This document shows, piece by piece, positions 38,762 to 46,922 of a stretch of DNA of 64,000 nucleotides. The translations under genes were made by a program, and so were the position numbers. Origin of the DNA: Bacilli bacterium (GTDB taxonomy: Bacteria > Bacillota_I > Bacilli_A > RFN20 > CAG-449). The stretch is from positions 137,240 to 201,239 of the forward strand of contig DBGCPK010000017.1 in assembly GCA_048359995.1 (NCBI GenBank). The letters are read 5' to 3'. Every line of letters starts with the position of its first letter. Position 1 is the stretch's first letter. The notes beneath the pieces are model-generated. The model ran no database searches and was not told the DNA's origin. It saw nothing but the letters and a program-made list of their open reading frames with translations.

Positions 38762-38790
38762 TTGACAAGTTTAAATTTTTGACATATAAT
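38762..38790 (+). promoter_or_regulatory. Consensus sigma-A promoter, antisense to the small peptide gene (candidate antitoxin sRNA promoter)
   Basis: TTGACA, 17-nt spacer, TATAAT. It is followed by a stem-loop at 38792..38828. Confidence 0.55.
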
Positions 38791-38846
38791 AATAGCGAAG
38801 AGTCAGAGAGAACCCCACTTCGCTATTCAATGGGAACTCTGATTTT

Positions 38847-38924
38847 TTATTTTATCAAGAGAATGAGTAGAATAATTATAAGAATTAAGAAGAAATATTT
38901 AAATAAATCCTTTAAGTCTTTCAT
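38847..38924 (-). CDS. 25-aa hydrophobic peptide, type I toxin-like
   Basis: Product MKDLKDLFKYFFLILIIILLILLIK. Strong RBS AAAGGGGGTGAGAGT-ATG. One TM helix with charged ends. Confidence 0.5.
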   Translation of the reverse strand: MKDLKDLFKYFFLILIIILLILLIK

Positions 38925-38929
38925 ACTCT

Positions 38930-38949
38930 CACCCCCTTTCATGGGGGTG
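38930..38949 (-). promoter_or_regulatory. Shine-Dalgarno-sequestering hairpin in the 5' UTR of the peptide mRNA
   Basis: Minus strand reads CACCCCC-ATGAAA-GGGGGTG. The 3' arm is the SD. Confidence 0.45.
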
Positions 38950-38996
38950 TCTCTCTGACCCGAGTTTTTTAACGTCGTTTTCTTTCGACAATTATC

Positions 38997-39026
38997 ATCA
39001 TAATGAGAGGAATGGGAAAAAGTCAA
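38997..39026 (-). promoter_or_regulatory. Putative promoter of the peptide mRNA
   Basis: Minus strand TTGACT, 18-nt spacer, TATGAT. Lies about 65 nt upstream of the ATG. Confidence 0.35.
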
Positions 39027-39067
39027 TGACTTTTCGAAAAGTTCATATTCGAAATCGGTGCTGACTT

Positions 39068-39260
39068 TCAACGTTCCTTTTTCTTCACGACCGGCACCCC
39101 ATACATCGCTAACGGAAGAGTGATTGTAAGATTCTTAGGTTTCCAGTAAATTGTTTTTGTAAGTGAACCATCTTTTTTGACGATTTTAAAATAAGATCTT
39201 TCAGGTAATTCTTTGAGTGTGCAAATACCGATGAAATCACGTGATACTTTTTTTTGCCAT
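39068..39260 (-). pseudogene. RBS-preceded ORF broken at an A8 homopolymer (frameshifted or phase-variable small gene)
   Basis: AGGAGGT, 8-nt spacer, ATG GCA then A8. Frame 0 stops after 7 codons. The +1 frame stays open for about 60 codons (VSRDFIGICTLKELPERSYFKIVKKDG...). Confidence 0.3.
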
Positions 39261-39334
39261 TTTTAAATACCTCCTATATAAATGAAAAAAAGACTTGCTA
39301 AACAAAGAGCAAAAAGGTAAGATAAAAAAGAAGA

Positions 39335-39607
39335 TTACTCAATTAAGTAGTAATCTCCGATTATTGATTGTAAATGTTCTTTGAGAACCTTTACAACTGT
39401 TGGGTTGGTAACCGAAAGGTTACCTTTTTTGATGTTATCGAGAAAGATCTTTTCCAAAGGATTACTTGGATTAGGGCTTACCATCTGCTGATAAAAACTA
39501 TTGTTGATTGAGTTATTATCGCCGATCTGAATCTGTTCGGATTGCGGAGAAACGATCGGTGCGTATTTATTTTTTAAGATTCGGTTTAAAGCGGATATTA
39601 AAGACAT
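39335..39607 (-). CDS. Hypothetical small protein inside the islet
   Basis: ORF is open to 39694. Start is uncertain because of a weak RBS. No recognisable motif. Confidence 0.3.
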   Translation of the reverse strand: MSLISALNRILKNKYAPIVSPQSEQIQIGDNNSINNSFYQQMVSPNPSNPLEKIFLDNIKKGNLSVTNPTVVKVLKEHLQSIIGDYYLIE

Positions 39608-39692
39608 CTCTCTGAAATTGGGACATTCTTCTACGAAAGTAACGGAAGAAGTATATATCCACGTGAAAGAAGAGAGAAGAAAAGTTGCGGTC

Positions 39693-39793
39693 ATCGTCGA
39701 CGGATTGTTGAAAAATACATCGATCGTCTAAGAAAAAAGCCCCGAGATCAGGGGCTTTTTGGTTTATTTTCGAGATGGAGCGAGCGACGGGAA
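39693..39793. repeat. 101-bp direct repeat, copy B (overlaps the genuine tRNA-Gly 3' end)
   Basis: See copy A. The repeat continues into the intact tRNA body. Confidence 0.85.
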
Positions 39794-39849
39794 TCGAACC
39801 CGCATAGCAACCTTGGCAAGGTTGTGTTCTACCACTGAACTACGCTCGC
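39776..39849 (-). tRNA. tRNA-Gly (anticodon GCC)
   Basis: 74-nt cloverleaf by hand fold. Acceptor GCGAGCG/CGCTCGC, T-loop GGTTCGATTCC, anticodon loop TTGCCAA, encoded CCA. Confidence 0.9.
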
Positions 39850-39910
39850 AATGCTTTAAGCACCACTTATTATAAAGAGGTAGCTGAGCATTTTCAAGCA
39901 AAAAAGCCAA

Positions 39911-40225
39911 TTAACCCAAATTCTTTTTGATTTCCTTTTCCAATTGCGGTTTCGGCATAAAACCTATGGAAGAGCCGATGACTTTTCCGTTTTTTAAGTA
40001 AAAAACAGCCGGAATTGCGCTGACGTTGTACTCCATCGCCAGATCCGGAAACTCGTCGGTATCGACTTTGAGGACGACCAGCGAAGAGTCTTGTTCGGCA
40101 ATCTCCGCAAGCACGGGTGCAAGCATACGGCAAGGTCCGCACCATTGAGCGTTGAAGTCGACGACAACTCTTTCGGCATTAAGATGCTCTTTGAATTGTT
40201 CTTTTGAAGTGATTTTGATTTCCAT
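39911..40225 (-). CDS. trxA: Thioredoxin
   Basis: WCGPC active site. 104 aa. Confidence 0.9.
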   Translation of the reverse strand: MEIKITSKEQFKEHLNAERVVVDFNAQWCGPCRMLAPVLAEIAEQDSSLVVLKVDTDEFPDLAMEYNVSAIPAVFYLKNGKVIGSSIGFMPKPQLEKEIKKNLG

Positions 40226-40241
40226 AAATATGAGTTCCTTT

Positions 40242-41054
40242 CTAAATAATCATAAAAAATAGATAAATAAGAATCAAGTGGATCGGAAAGTATAAATACA
40301 TTCCGTATTGTATCCACTTACTATTATATCCTCTTTTGCCATTATAGACCAACAAAAAGAAAACGGCAAATATCGAATTCAATTGAATTTCCGGATTGTC
40401 GATAAAGATATTGACTCCGCGATAGAGCGGATTAAGAAAATAGACGACAAGATTCAAAGAAAGAAGAAGAAAGCAGGACGCGATTTTTCGGATGGCAAAC
40501 TCGTATTGTTCCCGAAAAGTCTCCAAGTCGATTTGAGTAATCTGGCTCATCGCTTCGACGATTCGGGAAGATAGAGGTCGTGCCAAATAAAAGAGAAGAA
40601 TCAGCGTATAACCGAAAAGATCATAATCGGCAGAAAGAGGAATCAGGCGGAAAGAAATCAAAAAGACGAGAATCGTCGGAATGAAGAAGAATGCTTTTTT
40701 CCATAACTCTTTCTTCTCCAAAAAATAAATCCCCGATGCGCCGAGAAAGAGCGTCGTTATGGGATTGCCGAAATATGATTTGCTGAAAATAAAGAACGAC
40801 AGATCGCAGAGAAAAGATAAGAAAAACAACCGAAGAAGGTACGCATTTTTATCATGCGTATGCAGCATGCCCTCGACGATTAAAAAGGCGAAGATAGGGA
40901 AAGAAATCCGTCCAACGGAAATCGCCAGAGCGTATGCAGTCGGTGTAAAAAGAGAAACATCAAAATATCTTCCGATGCGCGCGATGTGATCGACCGTCAT
41001 CGTCAATATGCCGATAATCTTCAAAAAAAGCGAAGAAACTCCCCGACGATTCAT
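40242..41054 (-). CDS. TraX-family membrane protein
   Basis: N-terminal LKIIGILTMTVDHI motif. Polytopic. Confidence 0.7.
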   Translation of the reverse strand: MNRRGVSSLFLKIIGILTMTVDHIARIGRYFDVSLFTPTAYALAISVGRISFPIFAFLIVEGMLHTHDKNAYLLRLFFLSFLCDLSFFIFSKSYFGNPITTLFLGASGIYFLEKKELWKKAFFFIPTILVFLISFRLIPLSADYDLFGYTLILLFYLARPLSSRIVEAMSQITQIDLETFREQYEFAIRKIASCFLLLSLNLVVYFLNPLYRGVNIFIDNPEIQLNSIFAVFFLLVYNGKRGYNSKWIQYGMYLYFPIHLILIYLFFMII

Positions 41055-41055
41055 A

Positions 41056-41862
41056 TCAATAATAGATCAATATCTGAATAAAGGCGACCAAATTGTTGGT
41101 TGCGTGCGCGGTAATCGAAGAAATCAGAGAATCATTTTTATCGTAAGCATAGCAAAGGAGACCGCCGGAAATCAAGTAAGCGGGAAGGTTGAGAAGTTCG
41201 ACTTTTAACGCATTCCAATCGGAGAAAGCCCCGAAGTCGAAGTGAATCAGCCCGAAGACGATCAAGGAAACGACATAAGCCAAATAGCGGTTTTTCTTGT
41301 GAATCAATCCGAAAAGCGAGTAGCGGTAGACGATCTCTTCAAAGAAAGGAGCCAGGACTACCGTAGTCAAAAAGAGAAGAACCGGAGACTGCTTGGTCAT
41401 GTCGATCAAAATACTTTGATTGGCGTTTGCATCGGTTTTGCCGAAAAGCAAAGTGATGATGATGGAGTAAATCGACTGAGCAAAGATCATGATGATGCCG
41501 ATGATGAGACCATTCGTATAGACTTTAGCATCTTTGTACTTTTCGAAGATCGCCGTAAATTGTTTGACCGTCGGAATCGCGATGATAGCAACGGCGATCC
41601 CGAGACCTACCATATAGGTGACGAATTGCAAAATGCTGTCGATTCGATAATATTTTGCCGGATTGTTTTCCAATAATTCTTTATCGAGCGAAACGAAAGC
41701 CGATGATATCGAATAAATCAACGTATAGATCAGGCTGAGTCCGATGAGACCGAGAAGGAAAATAATTACGGCTTTCCAAGCAACGACGCGATCAACGCCG
41801 CTTTTCGGCGTATCTTTTCCTTCTTCCGGATTTGATTCGAGTTCGTAATAATTGTCTTTCAT
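41056..41862 (-). CDS. CPBP family intramembrane glutamic endopeptidase (CAAX protease / Abi-like)
   Basis: Motifs EEIVYR, FGLIHF and HATNN. Confidence 0.8.
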   Translation of the reverse strand: MKDNYYELESNPEEGKDTPKSGVDRVVAWKAVIIFLLGLIGLSLIYTLIYSISSAFVSLDKELLENNPAKYYRIDSILQFVTYMVGLGIAVAIIAIPTVKQFTAIFEKYKDAKVYTNGLIIGIIMIFAQSIYSIIITLLFGKTDANANQSILIDMTKQSPVLLFLTTVVLAPFFEEIVYRYSLFGLIHKKNRYLAYVVSLIVFGLIHFDFGAFSDWNALKVELLNLPAYLISGGLLCYAYDKNDSLISSITAHATNNLVAFIQILIYY

Positions 41863-41981
41863 ACAGACCGCTCCTTATGATAATATAAGTATATACTTTT
41901 AGATGGTATTTTACTATCAAGTTTCAAAAAATTTCAAGATGTTCTTAGCGAACTGCCGAATTCGAAAGATTGGAGAAAGGG

Positions 41982-42593
41982 ATGATTCCAATGCGTACCG
42001 TTAAAGAGAGTGAGCGATCCGTCTACGAAATCAATCGATCAAAATTCTGCGCGGTTCTTTATCCTTTGGATAACCTCGATCAGGCGAAAGTCTTTTTGAA
42101 GAAAACCGAAAAGGATTATCCCAAAGCCGACCACTATTGCTATGCTTATCTGTTCGACGGGTACGAGAAGAATAATGACGCCGGAGAGCCGAGTGGAACA
42201 GCCGGTCGACCGATTTTGGAAACGCTGAAAAGTTTTGGCATCGATCGCGCGCTTTGCGTCGTAGTTCGCTATTTCGGCGGAATCAAACTGGGCGCTTCGA
42301 ATTTGGCGCGCAGTTACGCGAATGCGACAAAATCGGTTTTGGAAAAAGCGGTTGTCTATCAGGTTGTCGACGAAAGGCGCTATGCGATTTCGGTTGATTA
42401 TTCCGATGCAGACGTATTAAAATCTTATTTGGGTAGACGCTCGGTCGCTATCGAGCGCGTCGCCTATGAAGAAAAAGTAATTTTCTTCTGTTCGGCGGAA
42501 GATTTGGACGTCGATGCGATCGTCGACCTGATGAATGGTCGGGTTTCGCTGGAAGAAAAAGAAATGCATCGCGTGTACAGAAAGGCGGAATGA
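41982..42593 (+). CDS. YigZ/IMPACT family protein
   Basis: HYCYAY...GEPSGTAGRPIL. GGAGAAAGGG RBS. Confidence 0.8.
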   Translation: MIPMRTVKESERSVYEINRSKFCAVLYPLDNLDQAKVFLKKTEKDYPKADHYCYAYLFDGYEKNNDAGEPSGTAGRPILETLKSFGIDRALCVVVRYFGGIKLGASNLARSYANATKSVLEKAVVYQVVDERRYAISVDYSDADVLKSYLGRRSVAIERVAYEEKVIFFCSAEDLDVDAIVDLMNGRVSLEEKEMHRVYRKAE

Positions 42594-43453
42594 ATATGGA
42601 AGAAGAAAAGAAGTGCGAAGACTGCGGTGAAGATTGTTCGGGAGACTGCGAACACTGCTCTCAAAAGCCTCGGCAGGGTTTCAAAGTCGAGATGAACGAC
42701 CAATCGAATATCCGATTGATCGTCGGCGTTCTTTCGGGCAAGGGAGGCGTCGGCAAGTCCTTGGTCACATCGCTTCTGGCAAAAGAACTTCGGAAAAAGG
42801 GCATGAGCGTGGGTATTTTGGACGGCGATATCACCGGACCGAGTATCCCCAAGAGTTTCGGCATCAAAGAACCGGCGCATCAGGAAGGCGAACTTCTGAT
42901 TCCTGCCGTCACTTCGACGGGAATCAAAGTGATTTCTTCCAATATGTTTTTGGAAAACGAAGATGACCCGATCATCTGGCGGGGAAGTTTAATCAGCAAT
43001 CTCCTGACGCAGTTTTATAAAGATGTGAAGTGGGGAACGTTAGATGTGCTTCTCATCGATCTTCCCCCAGGAACCGGAGATGTCAGTTTGACGAGTTTTC
43101 AGTCTTTTCCAATCGACGGCGTATTGATCGTAACTTCGCCGCAGGAACTCGTCTCTATGATCGTCAGAAAATCGATTCGCATGGTCGAAATGATGAATTT
43201 GCCCGTTTTGGGTATCGTCGAGAACATGTCTTATGTGGTTTGTCCTAACTGCGAAGAGAAGATTTATGTTTACGGGAAACAGGACTCAAAAAGTTTCAAA
43301 GCGCGATACGGATACGAAAGATTGGCGCAGATTCCTTTCGACGGTGCAATCGCATCTCAGGTGGACAAGGGGAATATCGAAGCGATGAGTCGAACTTATT
43401 TCGACGATGTCGTCGCGATGATTCAGGATATGGAGGATTTGAAACATGAATAA
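42590..43453 (+). CDS. apbC: Mrp/NBP35/ApbC Fe-S cluster carrier ATPase
   Basis: Cys-rich N-terminal extension. Walker A LSGKGGVGKS. CPNC motif. Confidence 0.9.
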   Translation: MNMEEEKKCEDCGEDCSGDCEHCSQKPRQGFKVEMNDQSNIRLIVGVLSGKGGVGKSLVTSLLAKELRKKGMSVGILDGDITGPSIPKSFGIKEPAHQEGELLIPAVTSTGIKVISSNMFLENEDDPIIWRGSLISNLLTQFYKDVKWGTLDVLLIDLPPGTGDVSLTSFQSFPIDGVLIVTSPQELVSMIVRKSIRMVEMMNLPVLGIVENMSYVVCPNCEEKIYVYGKQDSKSFKARYGYERLAQIPFDGAIASQVDKGNIEAMSRTYFDDVVAMIQDMEDLKHE

Positions 43454-44693
43454 TTTTCAGCAAAATCGAAGCGAATTGTACGCGCAACTGGAAGATAACT
43501 CCGCGTGCATTCTTTATTCCGGCGCTTTAAAGCAAGTTTCCGCCGACGAAAATTACCCGTTTAAGGTCAATATGAATTTTTATTATCTGACGGGAATCAA
43601 GCAGGACAATGTCTATCTAGTGGTAAGCAAATATCGAAAACAGATCGAAGAAACTCTTTATGTTTATGAAAATGATCCGGATAAAGTCCGTTGGATCGGC
43701 GCATATCTCTACAAGGAAGAAGCGGAGAGGATTTCCGGAATCAAAGATATCCGTTACTTGGATCGGTTGGACGGAGATTTATGCCGATTGTTGGGCCGAA
43801 AGGGAATTCGCAAGGTTTATCTCGACTTGGAAAAGCCGCCTTTTGAAGGGCAGGTCAATTTCGGTTACGTGTTGAAAAACAAGGTCAATGCGATCGATTT
43901 CGACAAGGTAGTCGAGGACATTTACCCGAAGATCGTCGCTTTACGCGGGATCAAGAAAGCAGAAGAAATCGAGTTGTATCGAGAGAATGTCAGAATCACC
44001 GATCTGGCGCTTCAGGAGGTGATGAAACGCCTGAAAGATCTGGAGTACGAGTATCAGGTTCAAGCGGTTTTCGAAGGGGCTATCCGATTCTTCGGCAATG
44101 CGAACCCGTCTTTCGACACGATCGCCGCTTCCGGAAAAAATGCGGCTATTCTCCATTACCGAAGCAATTCCGCGAAGATGAATCGTTCGGATATGATCCT
44201 GCTCGATCTCGGCGCGGAAAATAATCTTTATCATGCCGATATCAGCAGAACTTATCCGCTTTCCGGAAAATTCGATCCGTTGCAAAAGAAAATTTATCAG
44301 ATCGTATTGGAGTGCAATAAGCATATCATTTCACTGATTCGTCCCGGAAATACGATTCGGAATCTGCAAGATGAAACCGTTCGTTTTCTCGGCGAGGCGT
44401 GCTTGAACGCCGGGTTGATCAACGAATTCGACGAGATACACCGCTATTATTTTCACGGCGTTTCGCATCATATCGGATTGGATACGCACGATCCGTATCC
44501 GCGCTACAATACGACGCTGGTTCCGGGAATGATCATTTCCTGTGAACCGGGCCTTTATTTCGAAGAATTGGGTATCGGCGTCCGTATCGAAGACGATATT
44601 TTGGTTACCGAAAGCGGATGCGAAAATCTTTCTGCCGATATCATCAAAGAAGTCGACGATATAGAGAATTTTATGGCCGTTCATCACATTTGA
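43446..44693 (+). CDS. Xaa-Pro aminopeptidase (M24B)
   Basis: HGVSHHIGLDTHD and pita-bread fold motifs. Confidence 0.85.
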   Translation: MNNFQQNRSELYAQLEDNSACILYSGALKQVSADENYPFKVNMNFYYLTGIKQDNVYLVVSKYRKQIEETLYVYENDPDKVRWIGAYLYKEEAERISGIKDIRYLDRLDGDLCRLLGRKGIRKVYLDLEKPPFEGQVNFGYVLKNKVNAIDFDKVVEDIYPKIVALRGIKKAEEIELYRENVRITDLALQEVMKRLKDLEYEYQVQAVFEGAIRFFGNANPSFDTIAASGKNAAILHYRSNSAKMNRSDMILLDLGAENNLYHADISRTYPLSGKFDPLQKKIYQIVLECNKHIISLIRPGNTIRNLQDETVRFLGEACLNAGLINEFDEIHRYYFHGVSHHIGLDTHDPYPRYNTTLVPGMIISCEPGLYFEELGIGVRIEDDILVTESGCENLSADIIKEVDDIENFMAVHHI

Positions 44694-44756
44694 AAAAATC
44701 GCTCATAAACTCTATTATAGGTAATCGCCCAAACCGCGATGCCTTCGGGAGAGTTT

Positions 44757-46073
44757 ATGACAAAAGAAGAAATCATGCGAACGGCTGAGGAAGAAAACGT
44801 TCGATACATCAAATTGCAGTTTACGGATATGTTGGGGACGATCAAATCGGTGGAAATCCCGGTATCCAAATTGGAAGAAGCTTTGGACGGTAAAATCATG
44901 TTCGACGGTTCGTCGATCGAAGGGTTCGTCCGGATTATGGAGGCGGATATGTATCTGCATCCCGATTTTTCAACATGGCTGATCCTTCCTTTGGAAACGC
45001 AAGAAGGCTACGGTCGTTCGGCTCGAATCATCTGCGATGTCTATTTACCCAACGGACTTCCTTTTCCGGGTGATCCGCGTTTATTGCTGAAAAAATCGCT
45101 GGAAAGAATGAAAAAAATGGGATATTCGAGTTTTAAAATCGGCGTTGAACCGGAGTTTTACCTGTTGAAAAAAGAAGGAGACAAATACGAATTTTCCGAT
45201 CGTTCTTCTTATTTCGATTTAGCACCGCTGGAATCTACGGAAAATACCCGACACGAAATCGTCCTCGAATTGGAAAAATTGAATTATCAAGTTGAAGCCT
45301 CTCATCATGAAGTGGGACCGGGGCAAAACGAAGTCAATTTCCGTTACGATGATGCTTTGGTTACCTGCGACAGGATTCAAACGTTCAAGCAGGTCGTCAA
45401 GCAGGTCGCGAAAAAGAATCATTTGGTGGCCACGTTCATGCCGAAACCATTTGCGAAAATCGCTGGAAATGGTATGCATGTCAATTGCTCTTTGTCCGAT
45501 GAAAGCGGAACGAATCTCTTTTACGATCCCGGACAACCGATGGGACTCAGCCTGCTGTGCAAGAAGTGGATCAGCGGCATTCTCCGCCATTCGCGGGAAT
45601 TCAGTCTGATCACCAATCCGATCGTCAACTCCTATAAGCGCCTTGTCCCGGGATACGAAGCGCCATGCTATATCTGTTGGAGCGATGCCAATCGCAGCGC
45701 GATGGTTCGGATTCCGGCGAAAAGAGGTTCGGGAACGCGCTGCGAGGTCAGAAACGTCGATCCGGCCGCCAATCCTTATTTGATGGCGTTGGTCATTTTG
45801 GAATCCGGATTGGACGGTATCGAATCCGATCGGGATCTCATCGATCCGGTCTATGACAATATTTTCGCTCTGAGTCGCGAGGAAAGAGAAAAACTCGGCG
45901 TCAACAATCTTCCGGAAAACTTGAAAGACGCGCTGAAAGAATTTCGGAAATCGGACTTTATGCGGAAAATTTTAGGAGATCATCTGTTCGAAAAATACAT
46001 TCACGCGAAAGAGATCGAATGGGAACAATACCGAATTTTGATTCATTCGTGGGAATGGGAAAGATATCTTTAA
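44757..46073 (+). CDS. glnA: Glutamine synthetase type I
   Basis: MTKEEI... with GS beta-grasp and catalytic domains. GGAG RBS. Start placed at the internal ATG. Confidence 0.9.
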   Translation: MTKEEIMRTAEEENVRYIKLQFTDMLGTIKSVEIPVSKLEEALDGKIMFDGSSIEGFVRIMEADMYLHPDFSTWLILPLETQEGYGRSARIICDVYLPNGLPFPGDPRLLLKKSLERMKKMGYSSFKIGVEPEFYLLKKEGDKYEFSDRSSYFDLAPLESTENTRHEIVLELEKLNYQVEASHHEVGPGQNEVNFRYDDALVTCDRIQTFKQVVKQVAKKNHLVATFMPKPFAKIAGNGMHVNCSLSDESGTNLFYDPGQPMGLSLLCKKWISGILRHSREFSLITNPIVNSYKRLVPGYEAPCYICWSDANRSAMVRIPAKRGSGTRCEVRNVDPAANPYLMALVILESGLDGIESDRDLIDPVYDNIFALSREEREKLGVNNLPENLKDALKEFRKSDFMRKILGDHLFEKYIHAKEIEWEQYRILIHSWEWERYL

Positions 46074-46160
46074 TTCGGTGGGCGCGAAAGCGCCTTTTTT
46101 GATCGGCTCCGTTGCATTTGTCGACGATTCGAATTTATAATAGTCAAGGGTGAGAGAAAG

Positions 46161-46922
46161 ATGGAAGTTGCGATGACTCTCGATTCTTGGGATAAGTTCG
46201 AAGGCTATGCTTGCTTCGAATCTTTCTTGCTGGTCTTGCTCCGCTTTTCTGCCTTTCATCGGAAAGGATTGACCGATTCCGAATGGAGATTTGTCGCAGA
46301 AGAACTGCGCCGAAGAGATAAAAAGATTTATCTTCTCCTCGACAGAGTGATGTATGACGAGGATTTTCCCTTTTTGGAAGATTGGATTCGTCAGGCGGAG
46401 GAAGTTCCCGTCGACGGCTATTTCGTTTCGGACTTAGGTTTGATCGATTTTCTTCAAAAACAAGGACTTTCTTCCAAAACGATCTATTACTCTCAAACGC
46501 AGGTAAATAGTTTCATGGAAGCCGAATCTTTTCTGAATCGAGGTATCTTTCGCGTCTTTCTTTCCGGCGAATTGACGGATTTTGCCGCGCTTTCGGATAT
46601 CTCCTTTCACGGATCGGTAATTCGCCTTTTCGGTTATACGAATCTTTTTTATTCTCGAAGAAAACTGCTGAATTCGGGAATTCGGTCGGATAAAGACGAA
46701 AACTTTCGTATTCGCGAACAGAACCGAGCGATGAAACTTCGGATTTTTCAGGACGGATACGGCACGTATATCTTTTCGGACAAACCGGAAAATCGCCTCG
46801 ATCGGATCGATTTGCTGGAAAAAAGATTCGATATGGGGTTGATCGACGATCAGTTTGCCGACGAAAAAACGAAAAACGAGATGATTCGCTTATTCTGCGA
46901 GGATACGGAAAATGAAGCGTAA
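46161..46922 (+). CDS. U32-peptidase-like protein lacking the Cys cluster (YrrN-like partner)
   Basis: Similar in length and composition to the small partner of U32 pairs. No CxxxC cluster. Confidence 0.5.
   Translation: MEVAMTLDSWDKFEGYACFESFLLVLLRFSAFHRKGLTDSEWRFVAEELRRRDKKIYLLLDRVMYDEDFPFLEDWIRQAEEVPVDGYFVSDLGLIDFLQKQGLSSKTIYYSQTQVNSFMEAESFLNRGIFRVFLSGELTDFAALSDISFHGSVIRLFGYTNLFYSRRKLLNSGIRSDKDENFRIREQNRAMKLRIFQDGYGTYIFSDKPENRLDRIDLLEKRFDMGLIDDQFADEKTKNEMIRLFCEDTENEA

Noticed and set aside
38847-39071. 74-aa alternative-start ORF from the track covering the toxin-like peptide
   Set aside because: The upstream part reads through the peptide's own promoter and SD hairpin and has no RBS. 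Only the 25-aa RBS-preceded segment is credible.
46161-46922. Calling the first U32-like gene a peptidase
   Set aside because: It lacks the Cys cluster and any catalytic motif. It is kept as the non-catalytic or small partner of a U32 pair rather than as an enzyme.
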